A stretch of 64,000 nucleotides of DNA from Nitrososphaerota archaeon (GTDB lineage: Archaea; Thermoproteota; Nitrososphaeria; Nitrososphaerales; Nitrosopumilaceae). Numbering within the stretch: position 1 is the stretch's first letter; each line of letters begins with the position of its first letter. Location of the stretch: NCBI GenBank assembly GCA_028866655.1, contig JAGWHQ010000004.1, positions 7,674 through 71,673 of the forward strand, written 5' to 3'. The notes under the pieces were generated by a model. That model was not told the origin of the DNA, searched no databases, and saw nothing but the letters and a program-made list of their open reading frames with translations. This document shows, in pieces, positions 38,647-48,521 of the stretch. The position numbers and the translations under genes are program-made.

Positions 38647-40001
38647 GCTTGCAAGACATCAAGACAAATGCACTAAAAATTTCACTTGCAGTAATACTTT
38701 CTGCCTTTGCAGTAGAATTTTTGATAGGAGTCTCTTCTAACAGTCTTGCTCTTGTCACAGACAGTATCCATGCAATACTGGATTCTATTGTAACAATGGT
38801 TTTGCTTGTTGCTGCAAAATGGTCTACCAAGCCACCGGACAGAGAACACACCTATGGTCATGGAAAAATTGAGACAATGGGCAGTTTTGTAGCAGGGATC
38901 ATAATTCTTGTAATTTCACTGTTTTTTGTGTACGAATCGATATCAAGATTCCAGGAACCAAAACCCCTAGTTTTGCCTGGAATTTTAGCCGTCATTGCGG
39001 CTACGTATACGCTAGGATCAATCTTTTTCAGGATTGTCATCCTGAAAAGAGCACTCAGAAAAACAGAGGGTTCATCACTTCAAGTCGACTTGTACCATGC
39101 TCTCATGGACATGGGTGCAACTTCTGTTGCATTGGTAGGAATTGTGTTTGTAATAATGGGATTCTACCAAGGTGATAACATTGCGGCATTGATTCTTGGA
39201 GGCCTGCTTGCTGTATTGAGCTTGAAATTGATCCACAAGAGTGGTCTTGAGCTAACTGATGCCGTTCCTGCAAACATGGTCAAAAGAGTACAGGATATTG
39301 TAAACAATACCAAAGGAGTGATGAAAACAGAATCTGTACAAATACGCAGATCTGGCAGTGACATTTTTACTGAAATTACAATATCATTGAGTGCTGCATC
39401 AAGTTTTGAGGAAGCCCATAAGATTAGTGCCAATGTAGAAAAGAACATTAAAAATGCAATTGCAAATTCAAATGTCACTATTCACTTTGAGCCAACTTGG
39501 AAAGATGTTCCAGCAAATTATGTCATAAATACAATTGCAACTTCAGTCAAGGGAGTAAAAGAGATCCATAATGTAACTTCATTTGCTGCAGAAAATGGCA
39601 TCTTCATTAGCTTGCATGTGATGGTTGACAGAAACATGTCACTTGAGGATGCACATCGTGTATCAGATGAGATAGAATCACAGATAAAAAAATCAGTTGC
39701 AAATGTAAATCACATTACTATACATCTTGAACCATATGTCTCAATTCCAGAGAGTATTCCTGTAGAAGACATAACAATAGAAGAGCAAGTTACAAACATC
39801 ATAAAAGAATATCCCAAGGTAAAAAAAATTGGTCGAGTGATAACATTACATCTGCAAGACATCTTCAAGATAGACATTGATTGTTCATTTGAAAAAGATC
39901 TTACAATAGAAGAAGTCCATGACATTGTCTCAGGTATTGAAAGCAAAATTAAAGATCAAATAAAAAATGCCATAGTTACTATACATCCAGAGCCAAACTA
40001 G
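38643..40001 (+). CDS. Cation diffusion facilitator with three C-terminal dimerisation domains
   Basis: DSIHAILD, PPDREHTYGHGKIE; three repeats ending TIHFEP/TIHLEP/TIHPEP. Confidence 0.9.
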   Translation: MSLQDIKTNALKISLAVILSAFAVEFLIGVSSNSLALVTDSIHAILDSIVTMVLLVAAKWSTKPPDREHTYGHGKIETMGSFVAGIIILVISLFFVYESISRFQEPKPLVLPGILAVIAATYTLGSIFFRIVILKRALRKTEGSSLQVDLYHALMDMGATSVALVGIVFVIMGFYQGDNIAALILGGLLAVLSLKLIHKSGLELTDAVPANMVKRVQDIVNNTKGVMKTESVQIRRSGSDIFTEITISLSAASSFEEAHKISANVEKNIKNAIANSNVTIHFEPTWKDVPANYVINTIATSVKGVKEIHNVTSFAAENGIFISLHVMVDRNMSLEDAHRVSDEIESQIKKSVANVNHITIHLEPYVSIPESIPVEDITIEEQVTNIIKEYPKVKKIGRVITLHLQDIFKIDIDCSFEKDLTIEEVHDIVSGIESKIKDQIKNAIVTIHPEPN

Positions 40002-40002
40002 C

Positions 40003-40608
40003 ATGACAATTACTGATGCAATAAAATTTCTTAGACAAGACAAAGAGATGGCTCAAGTCATAGATACAATTGGTGAATACAAGCTAAAGAAAAGAAATCA
40101 CCATTTTTCAGTCCTGGTAGAATCAATAATCTCTCAACAGCTTGCTACTAGTGCAGCAGATGCAATTTTTAAGAGATTCAAGGAATTATATCCAAAATTT
40201 CCAACTGCCTCTGAGATTCTTGCTACAAGAAAATCCAAGCTTCGCCAAGTTGGGCTTTCTAGTATGAAGATAGATTATCTAAAAGACTTGGCAAAACATG
40301 TCAATAAAGGAAAATTGAACATGAGATCGCTCTCTAGGATGGATGATGAAGATGTAATATCTCATCTAACTCAGGTCAAGGGAATAGGAAGATGGACTGC
40401 AGAGATGTTTCTCATTTTTTCTCTTGGAAGGCAAGACATTTTTCCTGTTGGCGATCTTGCGTTGAGAAAAGGTGTTCAGATATTGTTTTCATTGCAAGAG
40501 ATTCCAAAACAAAACGAAGCTGAAAAACTTGGCCAAAGATGGAAACCATACAGAACTATAGCCACATGGTATTTGTGGAAGAGTTTGCGACAGTTCAACA
40601 AGATTTGA
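40003..40608 (+). CDS. DNA-3-methyladenine glycosylase (AlkA family)
   Basis: IISQQL, VKGIGRWTAEM, FPVGDL, WKPYRT. Confidence 0.9.
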   Translation: MTITDAIKFLRQDKEMAQVIDTIGEYKLKKRNHHFSVLVESIISQQLATSAADAIFKRFKELYPKFPTASEILATRKSKLRQVGLSSMKIDYLKDLAKHVNKGKLNMRSLSRMDDEDVISHLTQVKGIGRWTAEMFLIFSLGRQDIFPVGDLALRKGVQILFSLQEIPKQNEAEKLGQRWKPYRTIATWYLWKSLRQFNKI

Positions 40609-40721
40609 TGATATTATTTTCACAAGATGTGGAATATGATTATAACAAAATTAAATTTGAAATGTAGTAAAACAAGCGATTAAGTATTGTTCTTTAAACA
40701 TTTTATCATATCTGAATTAAC

Positions 40722-42431
40722 ATGACTACTGTTCTTGAACACTTTCCAGAGGAATTCAAACCAAGAGAAATACAAAAAGAGATCTTAAAGGGGATAGAGG
40801 AAAAGATCAAGTCAGGATACAAGACAATCATCTTGTCTGCACCAACAGGAGTTGGAAAATCACTCATTGCTGCAACGCTTGCAAGATATTTTGGTAGCTC
40901 TTTTGTCGTTACTGCGTCTAAACAATTACAGGACCAATATTCTAAAGATCTAAAATTTCTCATGCCAGTAAAGGGAAAATCAAATTTTGCTTGCCTCAAA
41001 TTGATGGACCAAGAATCAATCCTAAAATCAGATACAAGAAGTGCAATCCAGAAAGGCCTTACTTGTGAGAAAGGTCTCTGTGAAGAGACAATAATGCAAA
41101 ACGGAAAGAAAGTCAAGGAGATTTGCCAGTTTAAACCAAAGTTAGGAGAGCCACAAGGCATTCCCAAGGAATCGTGTTATTATTATGAACAGAAATATCG
41201 TGCATTGACTTCGCCTCACTCTATCTGGAACTATGCTGCATATTTTCAATTGATGAGGTTTAACAGAAAGGCCTATGAGGAATATGTTAAAAAACCAATA
41301 GCAATTTTTGATGAGGCACACAAGGTAGAAGACCAGATTATCCAGTTCATAGGTGTAGACATCTACAACACATATTTTACAGAGTGTGGCATAGATGCAA
41401 AAAAGTTTGATGATCTTGGAGATATTGATACAATAGCAAAGTTGCTTGAGGGTTTGGCAAAATCATATGCAAAACAGATACTTGATTTGCAGGAAAGCAG
41501 AGCATTTATGCTAAATCCAGATTATGCCACGCTTGCAAAATTAGAGTCAAGGTATGAAAAGATGTCAAATTCCTATGTAGAAATAAATTCAAACAAGAAT
41601 AATTTTGTGGTAAATGATCCATTCAAAGATGAAAGAGGAAATTTCAGATCAGTTTCTATCAAACCACTTGACATTTCAAAGTACGTCAAGGCCTTTTTTG
41701 ATATCGAAAATCAAGTTTTCATGTCTGCAACAATAGACAAGGATAGTTTTTGTGAAAATACAGGACTTGATCCATCAAAAGTTGGATTTGTGGATACACC
41801 AAGATCTCCATTTCCTCCAGACAAGAGAAGAATTAATTTTCTTAATACAAGAAAACTAAGTTATTCTTCAAGTAGAGATGACGAACTTGCTGTCATAAAA
41901 AAAATTGATGAGATAATGTCACAACATGGTACCGAACGAGGATTGATACTTACTTCGTCAGAGAAGAAATGTCTTGACATAAAAAATAATCTCTCTGAAA
42001 AAAATAGACAACGAATTAGGATATGCCATAGCAGAAATGAGAATGGTATGACACAAGATGAGGTATTGCAGGAGCACTCTTTTGATGAAGATGGTGTATT
42101 ATTATCATCGTCATTATGGGAAGGAGTTGACTTGAAAGATGACTTGTCAAGATTTCAGATAATAGCAAAGGTACCATATCCTAACCTAAGTGAAAAGAGA
42201 ACCAAGACTAAAATGCAAAAGTTTCCTTTATGGTACAAATCTCAGACATTGACAAAGCTACTACAAGGTTTTGGTAGATCAATTAGAAGCGAAGATGATT
42301 GGGCTGTTACGTATGTTCTTGATTCTGCTGCAAGTGATCTTTTGCTTCAATCAAAATCAATGATTCCAAAATCATATCAAGATGTACTTGGATTTCCAAG
42401 CTATGAATCAAGCATGAAATCTACCTTATAA
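40722..42431 (+). CDS. DinG/Rad3-like SF2 helicase
   Basis: APTGVGKS, DEAH, MSAT, LWEGVD, QGFGRSIRSEDD. Confidence 0.88.
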   Translation: MTTVLEHFPEEFKPREIQKEILKGIEEKIKSGYKTIILSAPTGVGKSLIAATLARYFGSSFVVTASKQLQDQYSKDLKFLMPVKGKSNFACLKLMDQESILKSDTRSAIQKGLTCEKGLCEETIMQNGKKVKEICQFKPKLGEPQGIPKESCYYYEQKYRALTSPHSIWNYAAYFQLMRFNRKAYEEYVKKPIAIFDEAHKVEDQIIQFIGVDIYNTYFTECGIDAKKFDDLGDIDTIAKLLEGLAKSYAKQILDLQESRAFMLNPDYATLAKLESRYEKMSNSYVEINSNKNNFVVNDPFKDERGNFRSVSIKPLDISKYVKAFFDIENQVFMSATIDKDSFCENTGLDPSKVGFVDTPRSPFPPDKRRINFLNTRKLSYSSSRDDELAVIKKIDEIMSQHGTERGLILTSSEKKCLDIKNNLSEKNRQRIRICHSRNENGMTQDEVLQEHSFDEDGVLLSSSLWEGVDLKDDLSRFQIIAKVPYPNLSEKRTKTKMQKFPLWYKSQTLTKLLQGFGRSIRSEDDWAVTYVLDSAASDLLLQSKSMIPKSYQDVLGFPSYESSMKSTL

Positions 42432-42468
42432 GAAAAATTTCCAACTCAAAAAAAGCGCTGATGGGAAA

Positions 42469-42777
42469 TCAATTTGTAATTGCATGTACTGATTTGTCAG
42501 GTAGATCAGTCAAGGTAAAGACAAATCTAGAACCCTCAAATTCAGTTGTTCCTTCTCTTTCCCAATTCACTTTGTAAGATTTTATCAGGTGACCACCCAC
42601 TATTGAGATTGTCTTTGGTACACCTTCGAAGAGTTTCTCTACCTTTTCTTTATCCCTTGTCATAAGCAGAGATCTTCGCCTTTTCATGAGATACTTGATT
42701 GCAACATTCTTGTGCAAATGTCCTTCTACCTCAATCTTCTCGTTGCCAAGGTCAATAGTGAATTTTCGTTTTCCCAT
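42469..42777 (-). CDS. Conserved hypothetical basic protein
   Basis: Start probably ATG 42777 (MGKRKFTIDLG). Confidence 0.65.
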   Translation of the reverse strand: MGKRKFTIDLGNEKIEVEGHLHKNVAIKYLMKRRRSLLMTRDKEKVEKLFEGVPKTISIVGGHLIKSYKVNWEREGTTEFEGSRFVFTLTDLPDKSVHAITN

Positions 42778-42916
42778 GGGCCTGTTACAATCACAATTAT
42801 ACAAAAAAGGTGGTTGACAATTTGACATTAGCAAGTAGATTGTAAATTATGACAAAATTTGCTTTGCATGAGACATGATAACAGATGAGACAAGATTTTA
42901 CATCATATCACAAATT

Positions 42917-43315
42917 CTATCTTTTTCGAGCAATCTTCCAAGCATTTTGTATGTTTTCCATCCCAATGTGAGAATAAAACGAGTTTGCTTCTGGGGCAGA
43001 TAACAAAAGTATCATGACTTGTTCTCCAAGTGTTTTTTGTGCCAATTTGAGTAGCTTTTTTCCAATTCCAAGACGCTGATATTTTTTGTCAACTGCCAAA
43101 TCAGATACATAGCAACAGTAGCTAAAGTCAGTTACAGCGCGCAATATTCCAACTAGCTTCTTGTCATCTCTTGCACATATTATCAAATTTGCATTTTCAA
43201 TCATGCGTTTTATTCTTCCAATATTATTTACAGGTCTTTTAATTCCAGAATTAACAAACAGTGTAACTACCTCCTTTGGTTTCAAATCAGGATTTATCAG
43301 ATATGATATTTTCAT
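42917..43315 (-). CDS. GNAT N-acetyltransferase
   Basis: YVSDLAVDKKYQRLGIGKKL acetyl-CoA motif A. Confidence 0.9.
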   Translation of the reverse strand: MKISYLINPDLKPKEVVTLFVNSGIKRPVNNIGRIKRMIENANLIICARDDKKLVGILRAVTDFSYCCYVSDLAVDKKYQRLGIGKKLLKLAQKTLGEQVMILLLSAPEANSFYSHIGMENIQNAWKIARKR

Positions 43316-43371
43316 GAATTGTTTGTCTTGATGTATCTATGCAAAATCAAGTCTTAACTATATCTCATACA

Positions 43372-43448
43372 TGGTGGGGCCGGCCGGACTTGAACCGGCG
43401 ACCTCTAGCACCCCAGGCTAGCATCATACCAAGCTAGACTACGGCCCC
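43372..43448 (-). tRNA. tRNA-Pro(GGG), CCA encoded
   Basis: GGGGCCG acceptor stem, anticodon arm CTAGC-CTGGGGT-GCTAG, T-loop GGTTCAAGTCC, ends CCCCACCA. Confidence 0.97.
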
Positions 43449-43522
43449 TCAAGGTGCTGGCTATTGTTGAAATTATTAAGTTATAGTATTGAATTGATAT
43501 CAAGAAATTTGTGTTTGAAAAT

Positions 43523-44665
43523 CTAGAGCCATTTTTTCAGTCTTTCTTGTTCAAACTTTTCTTTTTCTGCAAAGTGTTCTGTTGATGAGGATTTTAGCTG
43601 AGTCAGAGGATCTGGTGTTGCAAACATGTCAACCTGAATATATCCTGCAGTTCCCTTGCCAGTTTCAAGAAAACATCCACCTTTTCCATCAAAGACTGCT
43701 TTTTCAAATTCATTTTTTATTTGCGCAATAATATTTCTTGCAACTGTTATTCCCTCAGCTTCTGCAAAAATTCCTGCCTTTGGCACAGCTATCTTGTCTG
43801 TTACCATTATCTGGTTTACATCGCCTATTGCATAGACATTCTCATATTTTGTTTCACAGGTTTTGTTTACCGACACAAACTTGCCATTTTCTGCAAAACC
43901 TGCATCTACTACAACTGAAGGAGCCTTGTGAGGCGGAACAGAAATTAAAATATCAAAACTTGTCTCACCGTTTTCAAATTTTATTTTGTTTGGCTCTACT
44001 GCAATAGTTTTATGATTTCCGTGAAATTCTATCTTTTTTGATTTTAAAATTTGAAATATTTCCTCACTTACCTGTGGACCTCCCGCAGGAAGTGTAATTG
44101 GAGTTGGACTGTAGAAATCCATCTGGACAGAATCACTTGCACCTGTCTCCTCAAGTACAGACCTAATCAAAAGAGCTGCTTCAAATGGTGCAGGAGGACA
44201 TTTGTATGGAAGGCCAGTGATTGCCATTGCAATCTTGCCTGACTTGACTTGTCTTATTGTATCTCTGATTTTTGGAACATCGTTGATGTCATAAAGTACA
44301 AAACCATTTTCTTTCAAACCGGGAATCTGTTCTGGTGCAAGCTCTACACCAAGTGCTATTATCAAATAGTCATAATGAAATTGCCTATACTTTGTTCGAA
44401 CAGATTTGTTGACAGGATCTATCTTCAGTATGTCTTCATTTACAAATTCAATACCTTTCTTGGTAACATTTTCAAGTGATCTCTTGGAAGACTCGAACTC
44501 TCTTGTTCCGTTGATTATCCATAGCTTAACCAAGTCCATCATGAACCAGTCTTTTTTATCAATTATTGTAATTCGTGTATCTTGTGTAAGATTATCTCGA
44601 AGTTCATTTGCAGCGGCAAGACCCCCAAAACCCCCACCTAAAATTACAATGTTTGTTGGTCTCAT
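43523..44665 (-). CDS. FAD-dependent oxidoreductase, sulfide:quinone reductase/FCSD family
   Basis: GGGFGG, YKCPPAPFE, AIGD, VPKAG, GGCF. Confidence 0.85.
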   Translation of the reverse strand: MRPTNIVILGGGFGGLAAANELRDNLTQDTRITIIDKKDWFMMDLVKLWIINGTREFESSKRSLENVTKKGIEFVNEDILKIDPVNKSVRTKYRQFHYDYLIIALGVELAPEQIPGLKENGFVLYDINDVPKIRDTIRQVKSGKIAMAITGLPYKCPPAPFEAALLIRSVLEETGASDSVQMDFYSPTPITLPAGGPQVSEEIFQILKSKKIEFHGNHKTIAVEPNKIKFENGETSFDILISVPPHKAPSVVVDAGFAENGKFVSVNKTCETKYENVYAIGDVNQIMVTDKIAVPKAGIFAEAEGITVARNIIAQIKNEFEKAVFDGKGGCFLETGKGTAGYIQVDMFATPDPLTQLKSSSTEHFAEKEKFEQERLKKWL

Positions 44666-44680
44666 GGCAAGGTACAGTCT

Positions 44681-45421
44681 CTATTTTTCTTGTGTAGTTG
44701 GTCTGATTGTAATTTCATTTACATTCATGTGAGATGGAGACTGGAGTGCAAAGATTATGGAATTTGCTATATCTTCTGCCTTGAGAGACTGGATTGTTTT
44801 TGAGTGTGTCACAAATGATTCAAGAGATTTGTCTGTAATTGTATTTGTAAGTTCGGTATCTACTATTCCAGGCTCTATTGTTGTAACTCGAATATTATTT
44901 CGGACAGATAGCTCTTGTCTGAGTCCCTCACTAAAAGCACGTACTGCATATTTAGTTGCACAATAAACACTTCCTGCGGGAAAGACCACTCTACCTGCAA
45001 TTGATGAAATGTTCACAATATGACCAGATTTTTGTGCGATCATGTGAGGAATTGCAGCTGCGGTACAGTACATCACTCCTTTGATGTTTACGTCAATCAT
45101 TTGTTCCCACTCGTCTATTTTGAGATTTTTTACAAAACTCAAAGGCATCAGTCCTGCGTTATTTACCAAAATATCTACTCTATTCCATTTTTTTATTGCA
45201 GAATTAATCAAATTTTCGCAATCACTGCGTTTTGTTACATCGCATGATACAACAATACATTCTACTCCAATTTTTTCAATATCTTTTTTGAGTTGTTCTA
45301 ATTTGTCAACTCGTCTTGCACCAATTGCAACCTTTGCACCAGCTTTTGCTATTGCAATAGCAGTTGCATATCCTATTCCACTACTAGCGCCTGTTACTAC
45401 AGCTACTTGGTCTTTTATCAT
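44681..45421 (-). CDS. Short-chain dehydrogenase/reductase
   Basis: TGASSGIG, NNAGLMPL, YCATK. Confidence 0.92.
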   Translation of the reverse strand: MIKDQVAVVTGASSGIGYATAIAIAKAGAKVAIGARRVDKLEQLKKDIEKIGVECIVVSCDVTKRSDCENLINSAIKKWNRVDILVNNAGLMPLSFVKNLKIDEWEQMIDVNIKGVMYCTAAAIPHMIAQKSGHIVNISSIAGRVVFPAGSVYCATKYAVRAFSEGLRQELSVRNNIRVTTIEPGIVDTELTNTITDKSLESFVTHSKTIQSLKAEDIANSIIFALQSPSHMNVNEITIRPTTQEK

Positions 45422-45526
45422 ACTGAAAACTATTTTTGATCACACCGTCTTGCGTAAATAAGTTTTGTCAATTGAAAAATACTTTTGTTCACTAACACTA
45501 ATTTAGGATCTCAATTAATTACAATT

Positions 45527-45751
45527 ATGGAACAATTTGACTGTGCATATTGCGGACAAACACAAGATTTACCTTTTGAATGTAATTATTGCAATGACAA
45601 GTTTTGTGCAGAGCACAGGTTGCCAGAGTCACATAGATGTGTAAAACTATTTCAAATCAGAGCAAAGAAGTTTGGAGGAAAAAAGATCCAGAGAACAAAG
45701 GGAATAGGCAGACAAAGTTTCATCAAGCGAATTTTTGGAAAGTTCGGCTAG
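45527..45751 (+). CDS. AN1-type zinc finger protein
   Basis: CAYC...LPFECNYCNDKFCAEHRLPESHRC. Confidence 0.9.
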   Translation: MEQFDCAYCGQTQDLPFECNYCNDKFCAEHRLPESHRCVKLFQIRAKKFGGKKIQRTKGIGRQSFIKRIFGKFG

Positions 45752-46020
45752 TACAGTGCTTTTTGTGGATCAAGTTTTGAGAGTCTTGCTTGGTAAAACA
45801 AAGCTACTGCAAGTGCAAGCAATACACCAGCTGTCAGCCAATGAGCAACCTGCATTGTAAGATATGCCACACCAAATCCCATACACATTACTGCTTGGGT
45901 CAAGAGTTTTGCCCAGTTTTTGATCTTGGCCAGTCTGCAGATCATTTCTATTATAAATAATCCAGCAACTGGGTACAGTATAATTTCAAAATAGACATCA
46001 AGATCTATTCCATTATGCAT
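45748..46020 (-). CDS. Small membrane protein
   Basis: Three hydrophobic helices. Confidence 0.6.
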   Translation of the reverse strand: MHNGIDLDVYFEIILYPVAGLFIIEMICRLAKIKNWAKLLTQAVMCMGFGVAYLTMQVAHWLTAGVLLALAVALFYQARLSKLDPQKALY

Positions 46021-46049
46021 GATACTTTACAATATCAGTTGTCTAATTT

Positions 46050-46622
46050 CTAGTCTTCCCAGCTTACCTTTATTGCCACTTTCTTTCCAATCAATGAACG
46101 TGCATTTTCAAAGGGTAATGTAGCAACATCTTCCGCTTCAAACGGTCCATATGACTGGAGATCGGTGCCCATTATCTGGTCTATTGGTTTGAGAAATCTA
46201 ACTACAATTGATCTTGCTCGGTGGTTTTCTCCTACGGTCTCTAAAAGTTTCAGTCTTCCATTGAGTGTAGCAGAAAGAATAGTTTCTTTTCTTTGTCGCA
46301 GCTCATCCTCAGAATCTAAAATAAATCTCTCTTCGTCAAGAAGATTGGTATAATCAATTTCATCCAATGATGTTGCCTTTTCAATTCTGATCTTCAAAAG
46401 AATTGAAGTCATCTCTGTTATCATTTTTACAAGTGATTCAGTAATCTTGGATTCAACTCCATCATAATCATGATTCTTTATGTTTCCAAGAAATTCTGCA
46501 ATATTATGATACAAGCTAGGATCTACCTCCTGAACCGTATCGTTCTCTACTTCACGGAGAAGAATAGCATACAATAAATTTACATCAATTTTTTTTGTTT
46601 CTGACATTTCCATATCCAACAA
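46050..46622 (-). CDS. GINS complex subunit (Gins51/15 type)
   Basis: Helical A domain plus B domain VRFLKPIDQIMGTDLQSYGPFEAEDVATLP. Confidence 0.8.
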   Translation of the reverse strand: MLDMEMSETKKIDVNLLYAILLREVENDTVQEVDPSLYHNIAEFLGNIKNHDYDGVESKITESLVKMITEMTSILLKIRIEKATSLDEIDYTNLLDEERFILDSEDELRQRKETILSATLNGRLKLLETVGENHRARSIVVRFLKPIDQIMGTDLQSYGPFEAEDVATLPFENARSLIGKKVAIKVSWED

Positions 46623-46666
46623 TACTTAAATCATAGACCTCTTTGTGTTATGATCAAGGTGCAAAA

Positions 46667-48127
46667 TTGCCATATAAAGTGATTGGTGGAGAACCAGTAC
46701 CAGTTTCTTATTCTGCAGAAGATGTTTTCTCAAAAATAAAGCACGATCAGATAAAATTTATCGATTTACAATTTACTGGCCTTAGAGGAAGATTTCATCA
46801 CACCACAATTTCTGCAAATCTGTTCACTCCACAACAAATGCAGGATGGTCTGCCAAAACTTGACGGTTCTTCAATTGTAGGATTTTCATCAATTGAGGAT
46901 TCAGATATGGTTCTCAAACCAGATCCCACTACTTTTGCAATAATTCCATGGATGGAAAATGCAAAAACTGCCAGATTGATTTGTGATGTATATCGTAGCA
47001 GAAACAAAGGCAGACTAGAATCTGATCCAAGAGGAATTGCTCAAAAAACAGAAAAATATCTAAAAACTCAAGGATTTGACAATAGTTACTGGGGTCCAGA
47101 AGTAGAATTCTTTGTATTTGATAAAATTAACTGGGATGTACTTACTCCTTACAAAGGCCAATCATATTCAATAGAATCCCAAGAGGCACCTTGGAGCCAA
47201 GACGGCAAGGGATACCCAATGGCATTGAAGAAAGGATACTATCCAAGCACACCAGCTGATACCTTGACAGAATTTAGAAATGATTGTGTAGAGTGTTTGA
47301 ATGAATATTTCGGAATTTTATGTGATAACCATCATCATGAGGTAGCCACAGCAGGACAGTGTGAGATTGATATCAGATATGATACCTTGACCAATTCTGC
47401 AGATGGAGCACAGACATACAAGTATGTCATAAGAAACATTGCTAAAAAATATGATAAAGTTGCCACAATGATGCCAAAACCAATTTCAATGGATGCAGGT
47501 TCTGGAATGCATACAAACGTAAGCTTGTGGAAAGACGACAAGAACATGTTCTATGATAAAGACGACAAGGAAGAAGTTAGTCAATTAGCAAGATACTATT
47601 GTGGAGGAATCATGAATCATGCAAGAGCATTATCTGCAATTGTTGCACCTACTACAAACTCTTATCACAGACTAGTTCCAGGTTATGAAGCTCCAGTGTA
47701 TATTGCATGGAGTGCCAGCAACAGATCTGCAATAATTAGAATTCCATCTCACTTTAGAGGAGAAGGATATGCCAAGATTAAGAGAATAGAGTTTAGAGCT
47801 CCTGATCCATCGTCAAATCCATATCTAGTATTTGCAGCAGTTCAAGCAGCAGGATTAGATGGAATTAAAAAGAAGATGGATCCTGGTGACCCAGTTTATG
47901 AAGATATTTACAAGATGACTAAAGCTCAGCGAGTTGCAAAAGGAATTAGAGATTTGCCTGCAACTTTGGGAGAGGCACTTGATGAATTGGAGAGTGATAG
48001 AAAGTTTCTCACTCCAATTTTCTCAAATGAAACTCTTGATAAATTAATAGAGGTAGAAAGAGCAGACGATCATGAGGTTTCAATAAGACCTCATCCACAT
48101 GAATTCTATCTTTATTTTGATATCTAG
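46667..48127 (+). CDS. glnA: Glutamine synthetase type I
   Basis: LDGSSI, GPEVEFF, HHEVATAGQCEI, GSGMH, RLVPGYEAP, RIEFRAPD; start probably TTG 46667. Confidence 0.96.
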   Translation: MPYKVIGGEPVPVSYSAEDVFSKIKHDQIKFIDLQFTGLRGRFHHTTISANLFTPQQMQDGLPKLDGSSIVGFSSIEDSDMVLKPDPTTFAIIPWMENAKTARLICDVYRSRNKGRLESDPRGIAQKTEKYLKTQGFDNSYWGPEVEFFVFDKINWDVLTPYKGQSYSIESQEAPWSQDGKGYPMALKKGYYPSTPADTLTEFRNDCVECLNEYFGILCDNHHHEVATAGQCEIDIRYDTLTNSADGAQTYKYVIRNIAKKYDKVATMMPKPISMDAGSGMHTNVSLWKDDKNMFYDKDDKEEVSQLARYYCGGIMNHARALSAIVAPTTNSYHRLVPGYEAPVYIAWSASNRSAIIRIPSHFRGEGYAKIKRIEFRAPDPSSNPYLVFAAVQAAGLDGIKKKMDPGDPVYEDIYKMTKAQRVAKGIRDLPATLGEALDELESDRKFLTPIFSNETLDKLIEVERADDHEVSIRPHPHEFYLYFDI

Positions 48128-48185
48128 AAAATAGAAAATTTTTGATTAAAGATCTTGTGATTGAATATGCAGATCTAATTGTATT

Positions 48186-48488
48186 CTAGACTTTGCCAAT
48201 TGCAGTGTACACAAGGAACAATGCAGCTGAAGTAATAACCAACCCAATAATGAGATAGGCTTTTTTGTGTCTGTCAGCAGTAGCTGCTTTGTATATAGAA
48301 ACAGTTCCTGCAAGGCCTACAAATAAGATCAAGGTACCAAAGATAACTAGATCCCAGCTACTGTGAGTAATTATAGGATAGAACATTCCAGAAAGCAATG
48401 CAAAGAATGCTACAAGATAGATGTATCTTGCACTAGTTAGAATCTTGGTTGAGCCAATTTGCATAGAGTTCCTATCTAGATTAGTCAA
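48186..48488 (-). CDS. Small three-TM membrane protein
   Basis: Hydrophobic 100-aa ORF. Confidence 0.6.
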   Translation of the reverse strand: MTNLDRNSMQIGSTKILTSARYIYLVAFFALLSGMFYPIITHSSWDLVIFGTLILFVGLAGTVSIYKAATADRHKKAYLIIGLVITSAALFLVYTAIGKV

Positions 48489-48521
48489 ATAAACTTTGAG
48501 AGAGAAATGTGAATTTGTTAA

